From Octopus bimaculoides (lineage: Eukaryota), in contig NC_069006.1 in NCBI RefSeq assembly GCF_001194135.2, forward strand, positions 9,612,697 to 9,658,008: a stretch of DNA of 45,312 nt. The letters are read 5' to 3'. Numbering within the stretch: position 1 is the first letter of the stretch; each line of letters starts with the position of its first letter. The translations under genes and the position numbers were made by a program. The notes beneath the pieces were generated by a model. The model did no database searches. It worked only from the letters and a program-made list of their open reading frames with translations, and was not told the DNA's origin. Positions 23,865 through 35,868 of the stretch are shown here, in pieces.

Positions 23865-24294
23865 TTAACCCTTTTGATACCAACCTGCCTGAAACCACCT
23901 TTAGCTCTGTAGTACAAATGTTTTGTTTTCATAAGTTCTGAATTAAAATCTTCCACCAAACCTTAGTCACAATTTATGTTCCTAACACAAGCTGAATGAT
24001 AACTAAGTTATTTTACTAAATTCTTAACATCTCAAAATAAATACAGTAACGAATGGGTTAAAATATATAATAGAGAAACAATTCTTAACCCTTTCGTTCC
24101 CAACCTGGCTGAAACTGCCTCTGGCTCTGAGTACAAATGTCTTGTTTTCAAAAGTTCTGAATTAAAATCTTCTACCAAACCTTAGTCACAATTCATGTTC
24201 CTAACACTAGCTTAATGATAACTAAGTTATTTTACTAAATTCTTAACATCTCAAAATAAATACAGTAACGAATGGGTTAAAATATATAATAGAG
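23865..24294 (-). repeat. Tandem array (at least 2 units) of an internally deleted piggyBac-like MITE plus spacer
   Basis: TTAA-bounded units at 23865-24061 and 24085-24280. The array runs into a gap. Confidence 0.85.
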
Positions 24295-25734
24295 NNNNNN
24301 NNNNNNNNNNNNNNNNNNNNNNNNNNNNNNNNNNNNNNNNNNNNNNNNNNNNNNNNNNNNNNNNNNNNNNNNNNNNNNNNNNNNNNNNNNNNNNNNNNNN
24401 NNNNNNNNNNNNNNNNNNNNNNNNNNNNNNNNNNNNNNNNNNNNNNNNNNNNNNNNNNNNNNNNNNNNNNNNNNNNNNNNNNNNNNNNNNNNNNNNNNNN
24501 NNNNNNNNNNNNNNNNNNNNNNNNNNNNNNNNNNNNNNNNNNNNNNNNNNNNNNNNNNNNNNNNNNNNNNNNNNNNNNNNNNNNNNNNNNNNNNNNNNNN
24601 NNNNNNNNNNNNNNNNNNNNNNNNNNNNNNNNNNNNNNNNNNNNNNNNNNNNNNNNNNNNNNNNNNNNNNNNNNNNNNNNNNNNNNNNNNNNNNNNNNNN
24701 NNNNNNNNNNNNNNNNNNNNNNNNNNNNNNNNNNNNNNNNNNNNNNNNNNNNNNNNNNNNNNNNNNNNNNNNNNNNNNNNNNNNNNNNNNNNNNNNNNNN
24801 NNNNNNNNNNNNNNNNNNNNNNNNNNNNNNNNNNNNNNNNNNNNNNNNNNNNNNNNNNNNNNNNNNNNNNNNNNNNNNNNNNNNNNNNNNNNNNNNNNNN
24901 NNNNNNNNNNNNNNNNNNNNNNNNNNNNNNNNNNNNNNNNNNNNNNNNNNNNNNNNNNNNNNNNNNNNNNNNNNNNNNNNNNNNNNNNNNNNNNNNNNNN
25001 NNNNGGGGGGGGGGGTCTATATAAGATTTTAATATTAAAATTTATCTGCAATAAAATGGTTATACTTTTACAATGCACAAACTATTTCAATAGTTTTTAA
25101 TTACAATTCCTAATTTCATCATCATTTAGCATCCATCATCCATGCTGGCATGGGTTGGACAATTTGATCAGGTCTGTCAAGCTGGAAGGCTGCACCAGAC
25201 TGCATGGTTTTCTACGGCTGGATGCCCTTCCTAATGTCAACCACTCCGAGAGTGTAATGAGTGCTGTTACATGCCACTGGCATGCGTGCCATTTGCATGA
25301 CACCAATATCTGCCACAACTATGATTTTGCTTGGCTTGATGGGTTTTCTTCTCAAGCATGACATAATGCCAGAGGTCTTGGTCATTGCCTCCTTGAGGCC
25401 CAACACTCGAAAGGAGCTTTTCACGTGCCACCAGCATTGGCTACTTTGCCTCCATGAGGCCCAATGCTTGAAAGATACTTTGGACATGCCACTGTCACAG
25501 GTGCCAGTTACATGACACTAGCAAGGGCCACAACATTAGAATACAATAGGTAAAAGATGAAAATTGCAGTCAGATGTGGTAGGCAGAGCATCACATAACT
25601 TTGCATTTTTATTGTTCTCTTCCGTCTTATGATTGTGAGATTGTGGTTTCAGTGGGAGCACTATAACATAGCAATTAAAAACTCACCAAATAACATTTCA
25701 GCCACAACTTAGCAAGCACTAACATTCTCACACA

Positions 25735-26330
25735 CACACACACACACATCTATACACATATACACACACACATCTATACACATATACACACACACATCTA
25801 TACACATATACAGACACACATACATCTATACACATACACACACATCTATACACATATACACACACACACATCTATACACATACACACATCTATACATATA
25901 CACACATATACAGATACACACACATCTAAACACATACATATATAGACACACACATATATAGACACACACACATATACAGACACACAAACACANNNNNNNN
26001 NNNNNNNNNNNNNNNNNNNNNNNNNACACACACACATCTATACACATATACACACACACATCTATACACATATACAGACACACATACATCTATACACATA
26101 CACACACATCTATACACATATACACACACACACATCTATACACATACACACATCTATACATATACACACATATACAGATACACACACATCTAAACACATA
26201 CATATATAGACACACACATATATAGACACACACACATATACAGACACACAAACACATCTATACACAAACACACATATACACACAACCACACACATACATA
26301 TACAACTACACACACACACACACACACGTA
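25735..26330. repeat. Compound (ACAT/ACAC)n minisatellite-like tract
   Basis: Directly visible. Confidence 0.9.
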
Positions 26331-26615
26331 AAAAGCACCCATGTTTCTGACACGCATATGGCACTCAGTACACTCTTTGGAGTGGTTGGCATTAGGAAGG
26401 GCATCCAGTCATAGAAACGATGCCAAAGGAGCCTGGTGCAGCTCTCCAGCCTTGCCAGCTCCAGTCAAACTGACCAACCCATGCCCGCATAGGTTGGTCA
26501 TCATCATCACCTTCATCAAAATGAAGGTGATGATGATGGTGATGATGATGATGGTACAGTAGATGATAAGAGAAATGAAAAAGACATAGCTGTCGAAATA
26601 ATGATGTTGCAGATA

Positions 26616-27455
26616 TGAGGGGTGGGGGTGTATCCCAAAGTAACTGGAAATAGTCTTTGTGAGACCAGCCTGTTGTAGTTCAGGCTTCCACAGCTAGAAG
26701 CCACTTGATGCAACCCTCAGGCATCAGCCTGGCAACAGGTATCATTGTGCAGGATCATACTGCCATGTGGTGCATCTTTATTTTGCAGTGCTTCTCCCTT
26801 GTTTGTCGATTTTTTGTGAAGGGACAGTGTGCTTCCACGATATTCTGTTTCCCTGCTGGGGAAAATGATAGCTGACACAGTTGTCATGCTTCAAACAGCT
26901 TACACAGCCACTGCCATGAGCAAAATACAAGTTTACGAGTGGTTTTCACACTTCAGGAATGGTCACTTGCTGCTTGAGGACCAACCTCGTTCAGAGCAAC
27001 CGTCAACTTCCCAAACGAATGAAAACATCATGGAAATTCATGAACTAATCGTGGAAGGCCATCACCAAACTATTGACATGATTGGTGTGCCCTGGAGCTT
27101 CTGTCAATGAATTTTGAGGGAGGAACTGCGAAGAGTTGCAGCAAAACCTGTGCCTCGCTTGCTCACAGAAGATCAAAAGCAGCCATGACTGAATGCATGT
27201 CGTGAACTGAAAGAAGAGTTGGAAATTGATCTGGTCCTTTTTTTGAAGGTCATTACTGCTGATGAAAGCTGATGCTATGGGATTTGCAGATGTGGAAGAG
27301 GTGAAGAAAAGAACGATTGAGGCGTTAAAAGGCTTCACTTTTCAAGAGTTCCAGCACTGTTTCAAACGGTAGAAAATACACCTGGACCAATGCATTGCTT
27401 CAAATGGAGAATACTTTGAAGGAGATAAAAGTGTAAATGTAAAACTTAGTGAATA
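26616..27455 (+). mobile_element. Internally deleted mariner
   Basis: TA|TGAGGGG 5' end, QVYEWFSHFRNG...EDQPRS, PVPRLLTEDQK and VITADES, jumping to FADVEEVK...CIASNGEYFEGD. The 3' TIR was not seen. Confidence 0.85.
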
Positions 27456-28460
27456 AAATAACATTATAAAAGAGGATGTATAATAGAAAACGAGGATGAA
27501 AATGTTTGAAAAAAATTAAAACAAATTGTAAAAATGTCTTAACTGTTTTAATACCAACCCACCTTTGACTGCCCTTGTTTCTATGATATAAACATTCCTG
27601 GTTTAAAGTGATCTAAATTAAAACCTTCCATCAAAATTTCATTTTAATTTATGTTCCAAACACCAGATTAATCCTTTCATTACTGTATTTATTTTGAGAT
27701 GCTCTGTGTTTCTTTCAATTACNNNNNNNNNNNNNNNNNNNNNNNNNNNNNNNNNNNNNNNNNNNNNNNNNNNNNNNNNNNNNNNNNNNNNNNNNNNNNN
27801 NNNNNNNNNNNNNNNNNNNNNNNNNNNNNNNNNNNNNNNNNNNNNNNNNNNNNNNNNNNNNNNNNNNNNNNNNNNNNNNNNNNNNNNNNNNNNNNNNNNN
27901 NNNNNNNNNNNNNNNNNNNNNNNNNNNNNNNNNNNNNNNNNNNNNNNNNNNNNNNNNNNNNNNNNNNNNNNNNNNNNNNNNNNNNNNNNNNNNNNNNNNN
28001 NNNNNNNNNNNNNNNNNNNNNNNNNNNNNNNNNNNNNNNNNNNNNNNNNNNNNNNNNNNNNNNNNNNNNNNNNNNNNNNNNNNNNNNNNNNNNNNNNNNN
28101 NNNNNNNNNNNNNNNNNNNNNNNNNNNNNNNNNNNNNNNNNNNNNNNNNNNNNNNNNNNNNNNNNNNNNNNNNNNNNNNNNNNNNNNNNNNNNNNNNNNN
28201 NNNNNNNNNNNNNNNNNNNNNNNNNNNNNNNNNNNNNCTATGGAAGCATTGCTGCCTGGAAGAAATATGGATAAAGAAATCATTATTCAAAAACCAAAGT
28301 CATGTGAATGGATTTGGTAGATGGAAACTGGAAGAAGCCTGCCACATATATATATGTGTTTATGTGTGTGTGTGATTGTATATATATACATATACATATA
28401 GGTGCAGTTGTGGATGTGTGGTAAGAAGCTTGCTCCCCAACTACATGGTTCTGGGTTCAG

Positions 28461-28690
28461 AAGGCGGCGAGCTGGCAGAAACGTTAGCACGCCGAGCAAA
28501 ATGCTTAGCGATATTTCGTCTGTCGTTACGTTCTGAGTTCAAATTCCGCTGAGGTCGACTTTGCCTTTCATCCTTTTGGGGTCAATTAAATAAGTACCAG
28601 TTACGCACTGGGGTCGATATAATCGAATTAATCCATTTGTCTGTCCTTGTCCCCTCTGTGTGTAGCCCCTTGTCGATTGTAAAGAAATAA
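28461..28690 (+). mobile_element. SINE family B nested in a SINE A head
   Basis: 14-bp TSD GGTTCTGGGTTCAG at 28447-28460 and 28694-28707. Confidence 0.9.
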
Positions 28691-28818
28691 CACGGTTCTG
28701 GGTTCAGTCCCACTGTGTGGAACCTTGAGCAAGTGTCTTCTACTATCATCTTGGGCTGACCAAAGTCTTGTGGGTGGATTTGGTAGACAGAAACTAAAAG
28801 AAGCCCATTGTATATGTA

Positions 28819-28861
<43 letters not shown>

Positions 28862-29126
28862 TCATCATAATTTAGTGTCTGCTTTCCATGCTGGCATGGG
28901 TTGGTTGGTTTGACTGAAACTGGTAAACTGCACCAAGTTCCAGTCTGATTTAGCTTGGTTTCTATGGCTGGGTGCCCTTCCTAATGCCAACCACTTCAAG
29001 AGTGTAACGGCTGCTTTTTACATGTTACCAGCACGGGTACCATTTACATGACACTGATAATAGCCACAACTACAGTTTTGGTTCAATATAGAAAACTTTA
29101 GTAGCACTGAAATGATTTGAACCTAC

Positions 29127-29211
29127 TCTTTGAAATCTTTACTGAGGACTAAGTCCGTGGGGTAATGGGCGGTTGTAAGAGGAATCCAGGTTAGATACCA
29201 ATCTCTCCACC
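29127..29211 (-). CDS. Tentative host gene exon: (G)WRDWYLTWIPLTTAHYPTDLVLSKDFK
   Basis: CTTCTGTCTTCAG acceptor and GTAGGT donor, open in the phase-1 frame required by 33548. However, its acceptor region is repeated at 33880-33939. Confidence 0.4.
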
Positions 29212-30122
29212 CTGAAGACAGAAGCTGGATTTACTGTATTGTTTATATGCATCCACTACTGATTGCATATTCTTGACTATTTGCAAACTACATCTGCCAA
29301 CACTACAACATAATTCTGAGCCCCCAGAAACAGCTGTCGGATCTGTAATACCATACCTTCCACCCTTAGTTTTCTCTGTTTTTGCACTCTGTATAAATTT
29401 GTTCTGTTAATGTATACCTATATATTTATACATGAATGTTCATCGTCTGGATATTTTCAGTCTTTGTCTTCTCTTTAGGTATATTTTATATATCTGGTTC
29501 ATTTGTTTATTTTCATGATTATCTCTTTCTCCATATCATCATCATCGTTGTCATTTAACATTCTATTTCCATACTGGCATGGGTTGGATGGTTTGAGTGA
29601 GGACTAGCAAGCCAGGAAGCTGCACCAGGTTCCAATCTGATCTGGCAGTGTTTCTACAGCTGGATGCCCTTCCTAACACCAACCACTCAGAGAGTGTAGT
29701 GGATGTTTTTACGTGCCACCGGCATGGGAACCAGTCAGGTGGCACTACCATCAACCACACTCAAATGGTACTTTTTACATGCCACCAGCATGGGTGCCAG
29801 TCAGGCAGCACTGGTATCGGCCATGCTTCAATGGTGCTTTTTACGTGCCACTAGCACAGATGGTGGTCAGGTGGCATAGGCATTGGCCACGACTACAATT
29901 TCACTTGGTTCAACAGGTCATCACAAGCATGGCATATTGCCCAATGATTGAAGGGTGCTTTTAAATAGGCCAGTTATGCAACACTGGCATCGGCCATATA
30001 TATATATATATATATANNNNNNNNNNNNNNNNNNNNNNNNNNNNNNNNNNNNNNNNNNNNNNNNNNNNNNNNNNNNNNNNNNNNNNNNNNNNNNNNNNNN
30101 NNNNNNNNNNNNNNNNNNNNNN

Positions 30123-30790
30123 AGTATAGAGTAAATGATTTTGCAAAGGTGTTTGAGGTGGCAGGGACATTTGGTAAGGATGAATGATGAGCGACTGCCC
30201 AAGCAGCTGTTGTATGGTGAGCTGGAAGATGGCAGGAGACCAGTACATAAGCCTAAACTAAGGTTTAAGGATTGCCTTAAAAATGCTCTAGTACAGACAG
30301 GAATTGCAGCTGGTGATTGGGAGAGGGAGGCACAAGACCGCGATGGATGGAGGAAGATAGTGCATGATGGTTGTTCAAGGTTTGAGAGGGAGAGAGTGAA
30401 GTATGAGAGAATTAGGAGGGGGCTTAGAAGGGGGGAACCTGTGGAAAGTGAGAGAGTGTTGTATTTTGTGGGAGGAGGTGTTTGAGTCATGCAGGCCTGG
30501 TGAGCCATCAATAATCAAACAGAAATCAACCCATGATAAACAGTGATGTGGCTATTAAAATTCATGACAGAACATGTGTAAAATGTGGAAGGGTGTTCCT
30601 CTCAGCTAGAGGTCTGAAAAGACACGTTAAGAGAGTGCATATGATGGCACCTGTTTCTCCTGCCAGCCAGCACAGTTATCTAGCGTGTAATAAAATGTGT
30701 AAAAGCTTGGCCGGGCTTAAAAGTCAAATAAGGGCATCACGTGGCAACAATCATGAAACATTTCAGTAAGTCTTCTTGGCAATGGCTTTT
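30123..30790 (+). mobile_element. RTE-clade (BovB-like) LINE 3' end
   Basis: RWQGHLVRMNDERLPKQLLYGEL..GRRP...PKLRFKD...W...AQDR..WR, followed by C2H2-like motifs (CVKCGRVF...GLKRH). Confidence 0.9.
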
Positions 30791-31591
30791 CTCATGTAAC
30801 GAGGATGCAGCTGTGATGTATGTATGTGTGTGTATGTATGCCTGTATGTGTGTATATGTGTATGTATGTGTGTACGTATGTATGCATGCGTGTATATATG
30901 TGTGTATGCATATGTGTATGTATGTATGAGTGTGTATATGTGTGTATGTTTGTGTGTGTGTGTGTGTGAATGCAAGTGTATGGTTGTGTCTTGTTTTGAC
31001 CTCTGCTACTGTTGTAAATGAATGTCGTTCAGTTCAAGTATTCAGTGAAGTCATGTCTGTCCATGGAGAAATATCACCTTTCTTAGAAAGAAGTGAGGGT
31101 TGGCAACAGGAAGGGCATCCAGCTGTAGAAAATCCAGCCTCAACAAATCCCAATGGACCCATGCAAGTATGGAAAAGTGGATGTTAAAATGATAATGATG
31201 TTGAAGATCATACAACTGGTACTCTGTTGCTTATGATGGCAGTGAGGGTTCCAGTTGATCAAACAACCGAACAGACTGCTCGTAAAATTAATGTGCAAGT
31301 GGCTGAGCACTCCACAGGCATGTGCACCCTCAGTGTAGTTCTCAGGGAGATTCAGAGTGATATGGAGGGTGACAAGGCTGGCCCCTTTGAAATAAAGGGA
31401 CAGCTCATTTTTGCCAGCTTAATGGACTAGAGAAATGTGAAATAAAGTGTCTTGCTCAAGGACACAATGCGTCACCAGGAATTAAACTCCCGACCTTACA
31501 ATTGTGAGCCGAATGCCCTACCCACTGAGCCACACACCTTCACTGATAATACATTCATATGCACACACATACTCATATATATTTATCTTAC

Positions 31592-31706
31592 AAAGTAAAC
31601 AAACAAAATTTGTTTTAGAAGCGTTGAGATGTATTGAAAGATAGAGAAATAATTTATCTTTCAATACATCTCATCGCTTCTAAAACAAACTTTGTTTGTT
31701 TACTTT
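31592..31706. repeat. 52-bp near-perfect inverted repeat with 11-nt loop
   Basis: 31592-31643 versus 31655-31706, 50 of 52 positions complementary. Confidence 0.9.
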
Positions 31707-31785
31707 CATCGTAAGTTGAATTTAATGTTAGCGTCTTATGAAGCTAAATTTATAAGTTCTAAAATTGCAGAAGAATTCGCTACTG

Positions 31786-31857
31786 GGCAGTTTAGCTTAA
31801 TGGTAAAGCACTTGACGTGTAATCACAGGGATGTGAGTTCAAGTCTCACAGCTGGCC
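31786..31857 (+). tRNA. tRNA-Thr(TGT)-like sequence, probably a pseudogene or repeat-derived
   Basis: 72-nt cloverleaf with D stem GCTT/AAGC, perfect T arm GTGAG-TTCAAGT-CTCAC and anticodon loop CGTGTAA. The acceptor stem pairs 6/7 and the anticodon stem only 3/5. Confidence 0.5.
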
Positions 31858-33547
31858 GGTAGCATATTTTTCTGCAATGCATGGATAATTTATCCTGATC
31901 ACGCTATTTATTAGCATTATCACGCGTTTTATATATATTTATATATGTAGGCATGTTTGTGTATGTATATTGTTGTTTTGATGTTGCGCGATGGTCGTAG
32001 AAAAGTGTTACCATCATACGGTTAGTGTTACTTGTTTCCAACCTTGTCTGGCCATGGAGAAATATTACCTTGCTTGGAAACAAGAAGGACATCCGACTGT
32101 AATAAATCTGCCTTGATCAATTCCCTCATGCAAAAATAGATGTCAAATGAAGATTGTTATGGGAAAATCTTGAACACTCCCATGTGACCGAAGCTGGACT
32201 GACCGATCACAATATAGAACAGAAGACCCATCAAGCTGAGCAAAATTGCAGTCATGGCAGATACCGGTGTTTAACAAATTGGCACTCGTGCCGGTAGCAT
32301 GTAGAAGCATCCATTACACTCTCAGAGTGGTTGGCATTAGGAAGGGCATCCAGCCGTACAAAACCATGCCAAATCAGACTGGAGTTTCATGCAGCCTTCC
32401 AGCTTACCAGCCCTGGTCAAACCATCTGACCCATGTCAGCATGGACAATAGGTATTAAATGATGTTGATGAAGAACTGAGTGAACTCTCAGGTGGGGGTA
32501 CTTGACAATCTTAGTTTGACTGTGTTGATCAAACAGTTGGTAGTTAAACAGTGAATGCTGAGTATCTAAGTTCGAGTAATATGGAGTGCATTCTGTGTTA
32601 ATATACATTTCTGTGATAGGTTATTTTTAAATAACCACAACCAAGTATTTATTTGTGTAATACCATTTTACACCAGATGTGTACGCCCATGTCATAACAA
32701 TATTGTTGATGTAAAACCTCTTGGAGTGAATAAAATACCAGAAACTACTTGTAGGACTTGAACCTACACATCTAACAACATTACAACATAATTCTGAGCC
32801 CCCAGAAACAGCTGTCGGACCTGTAATAACATACCTTCTCCCTTTAGTTTTCTGTGTTTTTATACTCTATATAAATCTGCTCTGCTAATATATAAATATC
32901 AGTCAGCCTTTGATCTTTTTTTGTTGTTTTCCACCAAAGGATTTCTTTTAGCTTTTAGCAGGAATATTTAGCAGACCACTGCTGTATCTGATGTCTCAGG
33001 ATTCGCTAGAATAATAGCCCCACATCATGGAAAGAATCTGAGCAAAGGAGACTTTGCATGGAACTGGCTTAAATAACCATTTCATCTTTTGGCATGCTTC
33101 TTTCTGAGCACAACCATCCCTATATACTCAGCACAGAGCTCAAAGACATTGGACAGCAGCCAACCCATGTTCACAACACAAAAGCAATGAACAGATGGTG
33201 AATGAGAGATATTAGAAGACAACCAGCAGCTAACCACAATGGACAACTGGTGACAGCAACACACAATGACCAGTTAACATTCTGACTGCTACTGGGCAAT
33301 CACCCTCAATCCAAGAACAATAATATTAAAACTCTTTCGATGTTTTGTCATTTGTAGTCATGGCAACATTTTACTTTTTTAACAAAAAAATAAATATTTT
33401 GTTATCAAAAATCTCAACAGATATCTGTGTTTTTCTTTTATCGTAACAACCCTAATGTACAGGACATGTTAATTGTTATAGCTGTATTCATTTTGAGAGA
33501 CACAGTTAAAATGACTTGCACAAATTATTAGATTTAGTTGGAAATAC

Positions 33548-33662
33548 CTTTAAGATTTTCAATCAAATGTAATGGTTCAGGTCCCAGGAGACACAGATCA
33601 TCGGATGAAATGTCATTTCGAAGCTCTTCTAGACTGAACCACTGAAGAATGTCATCGGGAGA
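33548..33662 (-). CDS. Host gene exon: SPDDILQWFSLEELRNDISSDDLCLLGPEPLHLIENLK(G)
   Basis: Very strong pyrimidine tract with TTTCAG acceptor and AG|GTATTT donor, 115 nt, phase 0/1. Confidence 0.8.
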
Positions 33663-34117
33663 CTGAAAGCAGAGAGACAGAAGAAAAATAAAAGCAAAAT
33701 CAGTCCCCCCCCTACACACACACACATAAGAGAATCGGTTTTGGATTGAATTGTAGTTTTTTAAAACTTTTTTGACAAATTTAATTAGAATACCATACTG
33801 ATTTCAACAATTTCTTGTTTTTCAATGATAACTAAAAAAAAAAAAGTTTTAAAGAAATTGCAGATAGAGGAGAGAACTGTAGTGGATGTATATAAACATT
33901 ACGGTAAATCCAGCCTCCATCTTCAGGGTGGAGAGATTGCTTGGAGAGACAAGGCACATTATGTAAACCTTCTTAGCCATGTGTCTCCAGAGCAAGAAAC
34001 TCTTAGTAGCTCATATCCTTATACTGAGTATATTAAATGATATTTATCTCTCACTGGATGGAGTACATTTTTTGTTGATCTCATCTTAACAGAACAATAA
34101 AGTATATATGTATATAC

Positions 34118-34513
34118 TTTTACTCTTTTACTTGTTTCAGTCATTTGACTGCGGCCATGCTGGAGCACTGCCTTTATAGTTGAGCAAATCGACCCCAGAG
34201 CTTATTCTTTGTAAGCCTAATACTTATTCTATTGATCTCTTTTGGCGAACTGCTAAGTTACGGGGACGTAAACACACCAGCATGTTGGGGGGTCAAACAC
34301 AGACACACAAACATATATACACACATACATATATAGATATACATATATATGACGGGTTCCTTTCATTTTCCGTCTACCAAATCCACTCACAAGGCTTTGG
34401 TCAACCCAAGGCTATAGTAGAAGACACTTGCCCAAGGTGCCACGCAATGGGACTGAACCCAGAACCATGTAGTTCGTAAGCAAGCTACTTACCACACAGC
34501 CACTCCTACGCCT
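34118..34513 (-). mobile_element. SINE family A, near full length
   Basis: Reverse complement of 16556-16975. Confidence 0.9.
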
Positions 34514-34516
34514 AAC

Positions 34517-34547
<31 letters not shown>

Positions 34548-34753
34548 TACACACATACATACAAACATAACAGGCTTCTTTACCATTTCCATCAACCAAT
34601 TTTCACTCACAAGGCTTTGGTCAGCCCATGGCTATAGCAGAAGACACTTGCCCAAGGTACCATGCAATGGGACTGAACCTGAAATCATGTGGTTGAGAAG
34701 CAAGCCTGTCCACCACACAACCACACCTATACTGTATCAATATAATTTCACAT

Positions 34754-35105
34754 AGGCGATCTTTCGGTACGAGTTCCTAAATATCGGCCTTTTCCGTAAC
34801 ACCCTCACGATCTTCACTACGGTGTTAGGGTTAGGGTTTTAGTGTCAGGGTTACGGTTTTAGGGTTAGGGTTACGGTTAGGGACGGAATTCCCTAGCGCA
34901 AACCCTAACCGTAAACCTAACCCTAACCCTAACTCTAAACCCTTCAAAATAAATCGTGCTCTATGTATGTCTTTCGCTGTTATGACATTGTTTCCCTGTT
35001 TCTCTCCAACACTTCTTATGGAAAAGGCTGATCTTTGGTAAAGATTGCCAAAGACACTTTTATGGAAAAGGCCGATAATTAGGAACTTGTACCGAAAGAT
35101 CGCCT
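34754..35105. mobile_element. TIR element with internal inverted telomeric-like repeats
   Basis: 46-bp TIRs (43/46). (TTAGGG)-like units at 34824-34882 face (CCCTAA)-like units at 34892-34943 across GAATTC. Confidence 0.75.
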
Positions 35106-35438
35106 TCACACAAAATACACCCATCGTCATTATCATCATTGTCGTTCAATGTCTGTTTTCCATGCTGGCATGGGTTGGACGGTTTGACTGAGGACTGGTA
35201 AGCCAGAAGGCTGCACTAGGCTCCAATCTGATTTGGCAGAATTTCTACAGCTGGATGCTCTTTCAAACGCCAACCACTCCGAGAGTAGTGGTTTGCATTA
35301 CACATGAGATATTTACTTGAAAATCATTCATGATTAATGTCAGCTTAAGAGAGAAGGAAAGAAGAGAAAGGTGAGCAGATGAGAAAAGCTGAAAGGCAAT
35401 AAATGAAGAAGTAGTGGCTGTCATCCAGCGCTACTCAC

Positions 35439-35579
35439 TGATGTTGTGAGAATGTCTGAGTCACTGGAGTCGTCAATGGCTGTGGTGTGGAATATGAAGT
35501 GGGTAGAGACAGGCAAGTTTTCCAGTCTGCGGATGTAAGTGTGGACCACACCGACGACCTGCACAACTGAGCCAATGTA
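35439..35579 (-). CDS. Host gene exon (Nudix-like): YIGSVVQVVGVVHTYIRRLENLPVSTHFIFHTTAIDDSSDSDILTTS
   Basis: TTTTCTGTTTCAG acceptor and GTGAGT donor, 141 nt, phase 0/0, matching the phase-0 start of 33662. Confidence 0.78.
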
Positions 35580-35619
35580 CTGAAACAGAAAATAATAACA
35601 ATAATGATTTCAAATTTCT

Positions 35620-35819
35620 TTTGTCACAAGGGCAGCTTGGGAGAAGGGATTTAGTTGATTATATTGACCCCAGTGCGTAACTGTTAACTTATTTAATCGA
35701 CACATAAAGGATGAAAGGCAAAGTCGACCCTGGCAGAATTTGAACTCAGAATGTAGCGACAGACGAAATACCGCTAAGCATTTTGCCCGGCGTGCTAACG
35801 ACTCTGCCAGCTCGCCGCC

Positions 35820-35868
<49 letters not shown>

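Noticed and set aside
1127-28320. Long ORFs of 190-360 aa in the track
   Set aside because: They are made of X residues from N-gaps and are assembly artefacts.
34824-34943. Chromosomal telomere-fusion scar
   Set aside because: The tract is short, degenerate and enclosed by TIRs, so a mobile element explains it better.
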